Shown in pieces: positions 13,879 to 26,384 of a DNA stretch of 64,000 nt. The DNA lies in the NCBI GenBank assembly GCA_965178125.1, contig OZ237742.1:62001-126000 (forward strand), read 5' to 3'. Under the pieces are notes generated by a model. The model searched no databases and had not been told where the DNA came from. It was given only the letters and a program-made list of their open reading frames with translations. The translations under genes were made by a program, and so were the position numbers. This DNA is from Bilabrum cf. latius. Taxonomy: Eukaryota. Numbering within the stretch: position 1 is the stretch's first letter; each line of letters opens with the position of its first letter.

Positions 13879-14732
13879 ATGAGTAAAGTGTTTCAACCTT
13901 CTGTATCGATTCACGAATCTGCGCGCGTGGCATCAGATGCACGATTCGTGGGGAGCCACCCAGTTCGGGTCCTCACGAATGCCATCGTGCACCCACTGAG
14001 CATAATTGATAGCTCCTACGGGCCCGTTGAAATAGGATCTGGCAGCATAGTATGCGAACGTTGTATCATAAGGCCATTGCCAGGCAAATCTGACCTTGCG
14101 GTAGATATCTCCGCTGTGCTGGGTTCAAACTGTCTGATCGAGGTTGGCGCAAGGCTACACGGATCCAGTGTTGGCGATGGAAGCAAGGTTGGCGTGGCTG
14201 CTACCGTAGGAGCAAATGCTAGGATAGGAGTGGGGTGCAGTGTTGGTGCCTGTGTATCCATTCCCGATCAGCGTGAAGTGCCTGATAGTGTTTGCGTTTA
14301 TCTGGACGACGGAGGCGATCCTGATGGCACTCGGGTGCAGAGATTTAGAGTCGCCCCGTACATGAAACAAGCGCATGTAAGTGAATTGACCGGCTCCCGC
14401 CATTGCCGTCTTCATCCATAGAATCAACTGATGGTTACAATCCTCATCCCTTCGAATCGCAGGAAGCCGAGGCAGCCAGACGGCGGGCCCTTCTGCAGGA
14501 TCCCAAGAGCTCTGCGTGCATGGCGAAAGCCATGAAATTGAAGAAATCGTCCTCAGCTCCGGCGGAGGCTGGTCCGACACCAGCAAGCGGAGAGGCCACG
14601 GCAGATGGTGCCGAGGAAGCTGCCGCCGCAGCCGGGGGTGCCTCTGCCCTCAGCGACGAGGCCCGCCCGTCTCCTGAGCCCGCAGTGGAAGCTAGAAGCG
14701 CAGCTCCGACTGGAGGAGACAAGACCAATTGA
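13879..14732 (+). CDS. DCTN6: Dynactin subunit 6 (p27), left-handed beta-helix
   Basis: Hexapeptide repeats (IVHPLSII..GPVEIGSGSIVCERCII..LGSNCLIEVGA..GCSVGAC). Intron 14377..14462, ends TGA. Confidence 0.75.
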
Positions 14733-14773
14733 TGTCTCCGCAGTCACCGTCTTCATTTCGTCCGTCCTGTTCT

Positions 14774-17083
14774 TCAGGATGCTGCCGGGAGCCCTACCAG
14801 TGCGTCGATGGCAGGGCCCTCGGCTCTGGCTCGCAAGCTGCCCAACACCTAGTTTCGAAGATCGCTAGAGACCAGCGAGTACCGCGGGGCGGCAGCCTTC
14901 GCTGCCGTCGCTGCATCTGCAGTATGTTTGGAGTCTGATACGGCTCGCGTGCTGCTGGGTGCGGAGCGAGCTGGGTCTCTGGATGCACTGGATGCACCTG
15001 CCAGTGCATCTCCTGCTGCCACTGTGGACCCGCTGGCAGAAGCAGAAACCTAGGTAGTCTCCCCGCCCTCCTGTGTAGGAGCACACTGGTCGATGCCCGC
15101 GAAGGCTGGGACTCCCCTCCACACGCCATCAACGGCCAGGTCAACGACCACGTGGCTGTCAGGTGGGATGGAGCCCCCGAACCCTCGCGCCCCGAACGCC
15201 TGGGAGGGAGCCAGGATTGCAGTGGCGCTATGGCCGACGGGTACCAGCTGTAGCGCTGTGAGAAGTCCAGAAGGCAGGGGCAGCGGCAGTGCATCTATGC
15301 CCGGTGCCGCACCCGCGATAGTCACTCCTGGTCCACCATGCCCGGCTCCTCCGACACTACCAGCTCCGCCCACTGCCAGCGCGACACCGCTCATCGGTTG
15401 CGCCTCCGTGCGCACCCTGAGCTCAGGCACCTCCTCGTCCCCAGCGCCAGGCACATGTCCGCCAAGTGCGCGGGCCACGCCCCCGTCGCGGAGCACTCGC
15501 CCTGCCTCACTATCCCACCGGCTGCATACCTGGAGCAGAGCACCAGCCGCTGCAGCGGGCGGCAAACTGACCTCCACGCCCGAGGCAGGCCCGCTCGACG
15601 CTCCGCTCGTAGTCGTGGAGGCGCTGCCAGCATCTGCAGTGGCAGGGGCAGGACTGGGTAGGACATCATGGGTGGCACCCTGCACCCTGGGCGCAATGCC
15701 ACCCCGACTTCCGCTGCTCATCAGGCTCCTGGTGCTGCCGCCCAAGCCGCCCATTGAGGGCAGCCCGCTCTGGATTCGGCTGCCTTCATTCGAGGGCAAG
15801 CGCAGGGCAGCCGCACACGCTGAAGACACAGGTGTTGCCGAGGAAGAGGCACCATCCCACACTGCGATCCTGTATCGAAAGAGGACAGCACTGCCCGGTG
15901 CAGCCACCTGCAAGCCAGCCTCACTGGTACCGGCACTGCTGCTTGCAGCGACCAGGTGCTCCTCCAGCTGCCCCTCCCCGGCCTGGACGTCGCGAGAGTC
16001 GCCTGCCAGTGCGCGCCGCACCACGGTGCAGCCGGTCTCGGCGAGCTCATCGAACGCATCCAGGTCGTCGAGCTGCACGCGCACCGTCATGGATCCAGGC
16101 TCTGAGGTGGGGGGCTCGGTCTAACTGGTGGAAGGCGCCGAGCCTGTCGAGCTGGCACTACTACTGGCAGTTGCAGGCCCAGTCGTTGCCCTGGCCTCGT
16201 CGAAGTGCATCGCCGGGGCGGGAATGGCCCATGCCCGGCCATCGAGGGACAGGCCCTGGGCCCAAGTGGGCTCGGCTTGGGTGCACTGCGCCCCGCTGGA
16301 AGCTGTTGCTTCATCCCGCGCACGAGTGGTGGGATGATCTGGAGCCTGACTTGCCTCTGTGTCGAGTGGGTCATCGGGCTAGGCAGCTGAGTGGGCCTCT
16401 GCTGCGACCAGCCGTGACGGTTCTAAGCCGACGAGGGAAAGCGAAGCTCGCGATTGCCAATCCCTACCCAGAACGAGCGGGCCACCATCGCTCCCCTCCG
16501 CAGCTGCACGTTGCAACAGGCTGCGAGCCGCCTGCTCGAGTGGCTAATCAAGCGATGTTCGCTCGTGCTGCACCGCGCGCAGAAAGGCAACGACGTACGT
16601 TACACTGGTTGTTTGGTCTCCTGACTTGCTAGAATCATCAGTTGGTGGCCCGAACGGGACTCGGCATGTACAAATTGTCTTGAGGCATCGCTCGATCAAT
16701 TTGCGGCGTTCCTCCAAGGTCTTGGCTGTCTATTGGCAGCAATCAACCAAGTCGCCGGATGAATCTATGCAATCCTATATGGTATGCTCACTCTCAACAT
16801 GTTTTGCCAGCAGCTGTGAGGCAATATCTGCTTGCATCGCCACGAGCTCCTTTAGCACAGGTACTTGCGCAGCTTTGATGCTTTCAAGAATCCTCTGCAA
16901 GAGTCGCGCAACATCTGTGAACTATACTTCTGCAACGTGCAGTCCATTTTCTTCCGAGACCTCTACCTTGTACAGGCTGGCTAAGCCGACGGTGGCTTCA
17001 CGTCCAGTCGGATCCAAGCCAACCAATCGACGCTCAGCTTGGGTGCACATCACGGAAATTGGGGCATTTTCGGTACCTTGCAT
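14774..17083 (-). CDS. Protein with a degenerate, insertion-split FKBP-type PPIase domain (~769 aa)
   Basis: One frame from ATG 17083 to TGA 14774 if TAG=Gln. FKBP-like halves PGSAVLFRYRIAVWDG and GLLTALQLVPVGHSATAILAPSQAFGARGFGGSIPPDSHVVVDL. Confidence 0.6.
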
Positions 17084-17409
17084 ATTCTATGTTACATGAT
17101 CGCTGGCTACAATGCAGAAATTTCTCGGGAATAGACCAACGCGGGGACTTTCTCTCGACGGAGGAGCCACGATTCGCCCCAGCCACCAGCTTGGATGGTG
17201 TCGATCCACAACCTCGATAATATCACCACATGTCAAGTGCAAATCGTCTGTCTATTCAGCACTGAGATCGTACTAAGCCTACAGGAACAAACTCATTGCA
17301 CAGTGCACCAACCACGATCAGCGATTGTTTGGCACCGCACAGCAGTGCCCTGCAACACGAAACTGATCGATTTTTGGTATTTTATCAGCTTCACAAGCCA
17401 TCCATCCGG

Positions 17410-20400
17410 ATGGAGGTTAGCCAACCGTATAATATGCATGAAATTGATATAGGAAAGCAGCTGACGGGCATTGATATGCTGGCTACCGGCACTGAAGCCG
17501 TGATATGCGGACGAGAAGTGCTGCGGATCGTGTCTATCCGAGGCGGCATGCTTCAAGAGGTGCACAATCTACGGGGCAGCAGGAAAAGGGAGAACCAGTA
17601 GACTGCAGCAAATGCCGTCTCGGCGCATCCGTTTGATCCAACGATTGTTGCCACAGGTGCTGTGGAAGGGGGGTTGGCTATCTGGAACACGGAGCAGCAG
17701 CGTAGCTCCGCCGTCCGTTTCTTGCCTGGGCACAACTGCAAGATAAATAGTATACAATGGCACCCACGGGAAACGCAGTGGGTCATGACTGCGTCGTTCG
17801 ATGGCGAAGCAAGGATATGGGATTCGAGGGTGGCGACAGCCAAGAGCGACAAGCGGGCGCAGAAGCCCAGGTTGCAGTCCAAAGTGGATGGTACGGTAGA
17901 TATTCTAGGTGGAGCAACATTGAGCGGGCAGGGACGAGTTCTGCCATCTTGGGGTGGCGAGCAAGGTTGCTTGGCTCTTCGCCGCCGCGCCGTGCAGCAC
18001 CAGTCCAGTGCCCGCCTCTCGGCCCGGCCCGTGCAAGGCCAGCAGTAGGCTGGGCTATGCGCGGCTGCTTGGTCTCCCCATGACGATACTCTGGTACTGA
18101 CTGGGTCCATCGATGGGGCAATGCGAGTGTGGGACATCCGTAAGCCCGATGCAGCGGTCCAATTCTGGCAGCCTCATTCCGCTCTGGCTGCGCTGAGCTG
18201 GCATCCGAGGTGGAGAGGGGTGGTGGCTACTTGTGACAGGCGCGCGCATACCGTGCACCTGTGGGATCTCAAGCACATTACTGGATGGCAGGGTGGCATA
18301 GACAGTCCTCATCCGGCCGATGGTTCTGCCAAGCCCCCCTAGCCCGCCAGTGCACCAACAACAGCAGCAGCAGCGGGAGCAGCAGCAGCAGCGGGAGCAG
18401 CAGCAGCAGCGGGAGCAGCAGCAGCAGCGGGAGCAGCAGCAGCAGCGGGAGCAGCAGCAGCAGCGGGAGCAGCAGCAGCAGCGGGAGCAGCAGCAGCAGC
18501 GGGAGCAGGGTCCGCCGGCTCGCCGTGGGCTCCCCGCCAGCGGCAGGCGGTGCGGCAACCTGGTGGTGCCCATCGCAGCGCCGATCTCGCGCGCGGACCA
18601 GCGGCACCGTCGAAGGGCGGTAAAGCCTTGGAGCCGGCACATCGGGCTGCGGTGCACGCGCGGCCGAAGCCGCTGTTCAAGCTCGAGGTGGGCGAGGGTG
18701 GAGCCATGGCCTGGAGGCCCGGGTCGGATTGTGACCTGCTAGTGGCAGATAGCACCATGGGCCAGCATGCGCATCTATGGAGGGTGCCGATGCGCGGGCT
18801 GCCGCTCCTCACGGTTGGGGACGGGCTGCACAGCGTCGCGGGGGCCGCGTGGATCAGGAACCTGAGGTGCACGGTGCCGCAGGAACTGTCCTCCCGGCGG
18901 TCGACCAGCCCCACGGAGCGAGTGCTGGCGGAGGGAAAGCCGCGCGGTGCGTTTGTAAAGCCACCCAGCAGCGGACGTGGCCCCGACGGCAGGCACGCAG
19001 GCACGCCCTCGTTGTCTTCGGACGGGCGGTGGTGGGTACGGTCCGAGTCCGAGGCAGAGCCATCGTGGGAGGGGGCACACCCGAAGGGGTCTGTGCGCGA
19101 GTGCGGTACTGCTGTGGATGCTTGGGGGTAGCCAGCATCCACAACGAACCTGCTGCTTGCTTCAGGTGACGGCAAGCTGCAGCTGATAGACATCGCGAAG
19201 GCTAGGCGACTGCGGAGCTCAATTCCGCGCATGCTGGTGGCTCACAGCGCGACCGATCTTGCGGTTGCAGGGCCAGGAAGAAGATTGAGATCTAGCGTAG
19301 CATTGGGTGGGAGCACGGGACGACGGTCTGCTGGACCGCCAGCACAGCACGGTGTGGGTGCTGCTGCGCGAGGGCGAGGGCGGTCCGGCAGTGTTTACGC
19401 GGGGAGGAGGCCAGCAGCAGCGGCAGACGAGGTGTCTATCGCTTTGAGAATACAGCCGCCTATGCAGCCAATTGCGTAGGAACCGAGTTAGAATGGACAG
19501 AGAGACGATTTGAAGCAGTTCAGCGATTCCAATGGGGCCGGCGTTGCGCCGGGGAGGGCGGCTCAGCTGTTGGACAGAGCTGGGTCTGCCAGCCTAAGCA
19601 TGCCCCACGCAGTCACAGCAGACAACAGTGACCTGATGCGGATCTTCAAGGGTGCCCTCCCCGTCAGAGGCGCAGCTGCACCCTTGGCTCCTCCTGTTTC
19701 ACCTTCTGCATCGCCGTAGCCGCGAGGCCGCCTGCCAACGCAAGGGCATGTGTTCTCACAGCTAGCTAGACAGCTGCGTCTGGAGGGAGACTCCGCCCGC
19801 TAGCTGTGCTTTCACAATGCCGCAGTTTGCAAGAAGCTAGGCGTGCGTGGATCTGCAGCTTCCTGGAAAGCACTTGGGCTCAGTCTTCCATCGTTTGGTG
19901 TGTTGGAGCTGGCTGACGGCATGGTTGCGTGGCAAGCAGACCTGGGGGAAGGTACTGGTGGCGAGCTTGCTGCCAACGGAGGTCGTCGTTATTGGAGAGT
20001 GGGGGTAGAAACAGACGTTCGAGCAAAGAGTAATGCACTTGGCAATACGGACGGCATAGCTGCTGGCGCTGGTACCAGCTCGACTGATGGTGGTGGGGGT
20101 GGGGCACGGTCTGTAGCTAGGTCTGTCATGGATGCAGATTTGCTGCACTCTACAGAATCAGACCCCTTGAGGGAAGAAGCCGATCGTTTGCAGCCTTCAT
20201 CGGCACTTGATGGTAGCCAGATGGAGGGCGGCGGTTCATCCGCGACCTCTGCCGATGCGGCAGATGCGCTAGAACGGTTGGCGCAGGCTTTGGGGCATCA
20301 AGCTCTCCATGGGACTGTGTCACCTGGGTTCTTTCGCGCACCACTCTCAGCCTAGAAAGTCGAACGTGGACGCATAGCTGGAGGTACAGGAGCTAGCGGG

Positions 20401-21687
20401 CCGAGACAAGTCAGGCGCCGGTCGAGTGCCGAACCGAAGCACCGCCGCTCAGTGCAGTCCATGTCCCTGCTGCTCGACTTGACAGGCGCGGCCGCCGAGG
20501 CGAATGGGGCACGGGCAGCCGGACGTACCATGGGAGATGCATCGTCACAGTCGTCTGCCGAGTCCATTCTCTCGACAGATTCATCGGGGGACGAAAAAGA
20601 TACACCGAGGGGAAGGGCGGTCATTGCGACTGCAGACGCAAAGCAGCCGCACCCGAATCCTGCCTCCCGTGCAGATGCTAGCAGGCATGCATTGTTGCGG
20701 CACCCGTCGAGCCAAGAGGTGAACCGAGACAGCCGGGGAGGTCCTGAAGCGGGCACTGCTGGCTCCCCCGAAGTCTCGATCGAACGGAGTGGTGCAGTCT
20801 GGGCAACCGCAGTGTCTGCTGCCCGTGCAGTGGCAGCTCGCCGCACCATCCAGCTGTTGGCTCGCGTGCGCCGCCAGCTATTGCGCCGTACGCTCAGGTA
20901 CTACTTGCTTCTGGGCGACGTGCAGATGTGTGTCAGCATCTCCCGCGTCTTTGGGCAGGAAGCTGCTGTGCTGTGCGGAGATCGTCGCATGCGGCAGTGG
21001 GTGCAGAGCTATGTCGCGCTGCTGCACCGCGCCCGCCTCTGGGCTCCCGCGTCTACCATCATGGCACGGGCTGTGGATCAGCGCATCCGACAAACCAACC
21101 AGGCTGGGACCTTAGTGGCGATAGGGTGTGCAGTATGCGGAGCCACAATCGGTAGGGCACAGCAGCCCAGTGCGGTGGCGCCCCCGCAGCTACAGGGCCC
21201 GGTGCAGGCACACGCATTGGAACCTAGTTCTAAAGGTCAAACCAGGCCTAGTTTGGGCGGCTCAAGCGATATGGATGAGTCCTAGGACGTCCGCAGCGAC
21301 GGTTCGAGTGCTCTTTGCCCGCAATGCTCGCAAGCTAGAGGGACGTGTGCCCTATGCGAGCAGGTTGTACGGGGGCCGTTCGTATGGTGCCACGTGTGCG
21401 GGCACGGTGGGCATCTGGAGCACATGACAGCTTGGTTCTCCACCCGATCCGAGTGCCCGGCTGGTTGTGGACATGCTTGCGACTTAGGATCCAGCCAGCC
21501 ACCGCTACCATCCACAGGTAGGACGGCGAACCGACGGCATGACAGACACGGTATCACTAAGCCAGCCCTAACTTGGTCACCAACCTCAGGTACAGACCGG
21601 CGCAAACTAATGGATCCTGTAGAAACTGCATGGTCAGTCATGATGCCATCCTCTGAAGGGCCGCTCCATGCTGGGATAGAAGCCTAA
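17410..21687 (+). CDS. WDR24: GATOR2 subunit WDR24/Sea2 (WD40 plus C-terminal Zn/RING, ~1425 aa)
   Basis: Intronless frame to TAA at 21687 when TAG=Gln. WD repeats (GHNCKINSIQWHP..TASFDGEARIWD), LCFHNAAVCKKLG, and C-terminal CALCEQVVRGPFVWCHVCGHGGHLEHMTAWF..CPAGCGHAC. Confidence 0.9.
18364..18507 (+). repeat. Coding 18-nt tandem repeat x ~8 (AAAAAG in the WDR24 frame)
   Basis: gcagcagcagcagcggga repeated. Confidence 0.9.
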
Positions 21688-21963
21688 CCCGAGACCGGCC
21701 TGATTGGAGATGTCGCGTGTTCGATGTGATCGCATTGGAGAGAGCCACAATGCCATGGCATCACTGGTATTGTGTGTATCATGTAGCAACAGTACGTGTA
21801 TGTATCAAGTCACAACAGACGCGCGCATCCAGCCACAGAAACAAGAGCAGCTCGGGTGTCGAAAGGCCGGCGATCCTGGCGTGGCTTCGCCGCTCGCATT
21901 GGCCCGCTCGACCTGTGCGATGTTCCATGTGTCGATGGCGCCTGTCCGCGTATCCATCTAGAC

Positions 21964-22116
21964 TCAGGAAGACTTCTCAGCTGCAGCAGCTGCCGCGCCC
22001 TTCTTGGCGCCTCCCTTCTTGGCGCCTCCCTTCTTGGCTCCGGCGGCCTTCTTGGGCGCGGCCTCGGCCTTAGCCTTGCCCTTTCCTGCAGATGCCTTTC
22101 CTGACTTGCTTGGCAT
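21964..22116 (-). CDS. 50-aa Lys/Ala/Gly-rich basic protein, histone H1-tail-like, copy 1
   Basis: MPSKSGKASAGKGKAKAEAAPKKAAGAKKGGAKKGGAKKGAAAAAAEKSS-TGA, 14 Lys. CA-rich leader before the ATG. SNPs between copies inside the ORF are synonymous. Confidence 0.75.
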   Translation of the reverse strand: MPSKSGKASAGKGKAKAEAAPKKAAGAKKGGAKKGGAKKGAAAAAAEKSS

Positions 22117-23030
22117 GTCTGTGTGTGTTTGTGTTTGCGTTGGTGTGTGTGAGGATTGGGCCGGCGTGTCACGGAAAGGCCGTGTGACGGGAGGTTGTTC
22201 GTTTTCCGTGGCGAGCATGGAAGGTTCCATGTGGCCCAGCGAACCCGGAGCTCGCAGCGCCGCCGAGGCGCAGGCGGGGGCCAGGAGGCCGGGGAAGGCA
22301 GCATTGCGCGTGTGCGCAAGGGTTCATCGGGTCAGCCACATGCCTCGCCTTGGCCTTGCCTTGGCCTGGCTGGTGGTCTCTCGCCGCGTGGCCTGCAGCC
22401 AGTCCGTGGCTGAGATGAGGGCCGCAGGCAGCGAGGGAGGCGGAGCGGCTGTGCATGTGAGGATGCGAGGATATGCAGGGATGCGTCGAGGATCGGCTGC
22501 GGACATGCGGGGCAGCATGCATGGACCATGGGAATCTACGGTCCACTGCATGGATCCGTGCAGTGCCACAGTGGACGGCTGGAGGCCCGGTTGGCCGGTT
22601 TGTCATTGAATCTCGTCGGTGCGATTGATTTGTGCATGAATGGCGGTGCATGATCGCACGGACGAGCTGAGGGCCTCCCTGGCTAGATCTACGGCGATCA
22701 TACAGGGGTCCGAGCTCAGGGGTCGCGGAGGGCGGGGCTTGGTCGCAAGGACGGGTGTGGATGGATCTGATTGGAGATGTCGCGTGTTCGATGTGATCGC
22801 ATTGGAGAGAGCCACAATGCCATGGCATCACTGGTATTGTGTGTATCATGTAGCAACAGTACGTGTATGTATCAAGTCACAACAGACGCGCGCAACCAGC
22901 CACAGAAACAAGAGCAGCTCGGGTGTCGAAAGGCCGGCGATCCTGGCGTGGCTTCGCCGCTCGCATGGGCCCGCTCGACCTGTGCGATGTTCCATGTGTC
23001 GATGGCGCCTGTCCGCGTATCCATCTAGAC

Positions 23031-23183
23031 TCAGGAAGACTTCTCAGCCGCAGCAGCTGCCGCGCCCTTCTTGGCGCCTCCCTTCTTGGCTCCTCCCTTC
23101 TTGGCTCCGGCGGCCTTCTTGGGCGCGGCCTCGGCCTTAGCCTTGCCCTTTCCTGCAGATGCCTTTCCTGACTTGCTTGGCAT
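23031..23183 (-). CDS. 50-aa H1-like basic protein, copy 2
   Basis: Same protein as copy 1, with two synonymous changes (GCA>GCG, GGC>GGA). Confidence 0.75.
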   Translation of the reverse strand: MPSKSGKASAGKGKAKAEAAPKKAAGAKKGGAKKGGAKKGAAAAAAEKSS

Positions 23184-24097
23184 GTCTGTGTGTGTTTGTG
23201 TTTGCGTTGGTGTGTGTGAGGATTGGGCCGGCGTGTCACGGAAAGGCCGTGTGACGGGAGGTTGTTCGTTTTCCGTGGCGAGCATGGAAGGTTCCATGTG
23301 GCCCAGCGAACCCGGAGCTCGCAGCGCCGCCGAGGCGCAGGCGGGGGCCAGGAGGCCGGGGAAGGCAGCATTGCGCGTGTGCGCAAGGGTTCATCGGGTC
23401 AGCCACATGCCTCGCCTTGACCTTGCCTTGGCCTGGCTGGTGGTCTCTCGCCGCGTGGCCTGCAGCCAGTCCGTGGCTGAGATGAGGGCCGCAGGCAGCG
23501 AGGGAGGCGGAGCGGCTGTGCATGTGAGGATGCGAGGATATGCAGGGATGCGTCGAGGATCGGCTGCGGACATGCGGGGCAGCATGCATGGACCATGGGA
23601 ATCTACGGTCCACTGCATGGATCCGTGCAGTGCCACAGTGGACGGCTGGAGGCCCGGTTGGCCGATTTGTTATTGAATCTCGTCGGTGCGATTGATTTGT
23701 GCATGAATGGCGGTGCATGATCGCACGGATGAGCTGAGGGCCTCCCTGGCTAGATCTACGGCGATCATACAGGGGTCCGAGCTCAGGGGTCGCGGAGGGC
23801 GGGGCTTGGTCGCAAGGACGGGTGTGGATGGATCTGATTGGAGATGTCGCGTGTTCGATGAGATCGCATTGGAGAGAGCCACAATGCCATGGCATCACTG
23901 GTATTGTGTGTATCATGTAGCAACAGTACGTGTATGTATCAAGTCACAACAGACGCGCGCATCCAGCCACAGAAACAAGAGCAGCTCGGGTGTCGAAAGG
24001 CCGGCGATCCTGGCGTGGCTTCGCCGCTCGCATGGGCCCGCTCGACCTGTGCGATGTTCCATGTGTCGATGGCGCCTGTCCGCGTATCCATCTAGAC

Positions 24098-24250
24098 TCA
24101 GGAAGACTTCTCAGCCGCAGCAGCTGCCGCGCCCTTCTTGGCGCCTCCCTTCTTGGCGCCTCCCTTCTTGGCTCCGGCGGCCTTCTTGGGCGCGGCCTCG
24201 GCCTTAGCCTTGCCCTTTCCTGCAGATGCCTTTCCTGACTTGCTTGGCAT
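24098..24250 (-). CDS. 50-aa H1-like basic protein, copy 3
   Basis: Same protein as copy 1. Confidence 0.75.
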   Translation of the reverse strand: MPSKSGKASAGKGKAKAEAAPKKAAGAKKGGAKKGGAKKGAAAAAAEKSS

Positions 24251-25164
24251 GTCTGTGTGTGTTTGTGTTTGCGTTGGTGTGTGTGAGGATTGGGCCGGCG
24301 TGTCACGGAAAGGCCGTGTGACGGGAGGTTGTTCGTTTTCCGTGGCGAGCATGGAAGGTTCCATGTGGCCCAGCGAACCCGGAGCTCGCAGCGCCGCCGA
24401 GGCGCAGGCGGGGGCCAGGAGGCCGGGGAAGGCAGCATTGCGCGTGTGCGCAAGGGTTCATCGGGTCAGCCACATGCCTCGCCTTGGCCTTGCCTTGGCC
24501 TGGCTGGTGGTCTCTCGCCGCGTGGCCTGCAGCCAGTCCGTGGCTGGGATGAGGGCTGCAGGCAGCGAGGGAGGCGGAGCGGCTGTGCATGTGAGGATGC
24601 GAGGATATGCAGGGATGCGTCGAGGATCGGCTGCGGACATGCGGGGCAGCATGCATGGACCATGGGAATCTACGGTCCACTGCATGGATCCGTGCAGTGC
24701 CACAGTGGACGGCTGGAGGCCCGGTTGGCCGATTTGTCATTGAATCTCGTCGGTGCGATTGATTTGTGCATGAATGGCGGTGCATGATCGCACGGATGAG
24801 CTGAGGGCCTCCCTGGCTAGATCTACGGCGATCATACAGGGGTCCGAGCTCAGGGGTCGCGGAGGGCGGGGCTTGGTCGCAAGGACGGGTGTGGATGGAT
24901 CTGATTGGAGATGTCGCGTGTTCGATGAGATCGCATTGGAGAGAGCCACAATGCCATGGCATCACTGGTATTGTGTGTATCATGTAGCCACAGTACGTGT
25001 ATGTATCAAGTCACAACAGACGCGCGCATCCAGCCACAGAAACAAGAGCAGCTCGGGTGTCGAAAGGCCGGCGATCCTGGCGTGGCTTCGCCACTCGCAT
25101 GGGCCCGCTCGACCTGTGCGATGTTCCATGTGTCGATGGCGCCTGTCCGCGTATCCATCTAGAC

Positions 25165-25317
25165 TCAGGAAGACTTCTCAGCCGCAGCAGCTGCCGCGCC
25201 CTTCTTGGCGCCTCCCTTCTTGGCGCCTCCCTTCTTGGCTCCGGCGGCCTTCTTGGGCGCGGCCTCGGCCTTAGCCTTGCCCTTTCCTGCAGATGCCTTT
25301 CCTGACTTGCTTGGCAT
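25165..25317 (-). CDS. 50-aa H1-like basic protein, copy 4
   Basis: Same protein as copy 1. Confidence 0.75.
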   Translation of the reverse strand: MPSKSGKASAGKGKAKAEAAPKKAAGAKKGGAKKGGAKKGAAAAAAEKSS

Positions 25318-26231
25318 GTCTGTGTGTGTTTGTGTTTGCGTTGGTGTGTGTGAGGATTGGGCCGGCGTGTCACGGAAAGGCCGTGTGACGGGAGGTTGTT
25401 CGTTTTCCGTGGCGAGCATGGAAGGTTCCATGTGGCCCAGCGAACCCGGAGCTCGCAGCGCCGCCGAGGCGCAGGCGGGGGCCAGGAGGCCGGGGAAGGC
25501 AGCATTGCGCGTGTGCGCAAGGGTTCATCGGGTCAGCCACATGCCTCGCCTTGGCCTTGCCTTGGCCTGGCTGGTGGTCTCTCGCCGCGTGGCCTGCAGC
25601 CAGTCCGTGGCTGGGATGAGGGCTGCAGGCAGCGAGGGAGGCGGAGCGGCTGTGCATGTGAGGATGCGAGGATATGCAGGGATGCGTCGAGGATCGGCTG
25701 CGGACATGCGGGGCAGCATGCATGGACCATGGGAATCTACGGTCCACTGCATGGATCCGTGCAGTGCCACAGTGGACGGCTGGAGGCCCGGTTGGCCGAT
25801 TTGTCATTGAATCTCGTCGGTGCGATTGATTTGTGCATGAATGGCGGTGCATGATCGCACGGATGAGCTGAGGGCCTCCCTGGCTAGATCTACGGCGATC
25901 ATACAGGGGTCCGAGCTCAGGGGTCGCGGAGGGCGGGGCTTGGTCGCAAGGACGGGTGTGGATGGATCTGATTGGAGATGTCGCGTGTTCGATGAGATCG
26001 CATTGGAGAGAGCCACAATGCCATGGCATCACTGGTATTGTGTGTATCATGTAGCAACAGTACGTGTATGTATCAAGTCACAACAGACGCGCGCAACCAG
26101 CCACAGAAACAAGAGCAGCTCGGGTGTCGAAAGGCCGGCGATCCTGGCGTGGCTTCGCCGCTCGCATGGGCCCGCTCGACCTGTGCGATGTTCCATGTGT
26201 CGATGGCGCCTGTCCGCGTATCCATCTAGAC

Positions 26232-26384
26232 TCAGGAAGACTTCTCAGCCGCAGCAGCTGCCGCGCCCTTCTTGGCGCCTCCCTTCTTGGCTCCTCCCTT
26301 CTTGGCTCCGGCGGCCTTCTTGGGCGCGGCCTCGGCCTTAGCCTTGCCCTTTCCTGCAGATGCCTTTCCTGACTTGCTTGGCAT
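26232..26384 (-). CDS. 50-aa H1-like basic protein, copy 5
   Basis: Same protein as copy 1. Confidence 0.75.
   Translation of the reverse strand: MPSKSGKASAGKGKAKAEAAPKKAAGAKKGGAKKGGAKKGAAAAAAEKSS

Noticed and set aside
18320-18742. PolyQ (QQQQRE)n protein
   Set aside because: It is an alternative frame of the 18-nt repeat. The WDR24 frame reads (AAAAAG)n and links WD repeats on both sides.
22683-22770. 5S rRNA or other structural RNA inside the 1067-bp unit (atctacggcgatcatac resembles a 5S 5' end)
   Set aside because: The similarity ends after about 15 nt. No box A/C, no terminal stem and no oligo-T terminator. No tRNA, including tRNA-Gln(CUA), was recognised anywhere in the window.
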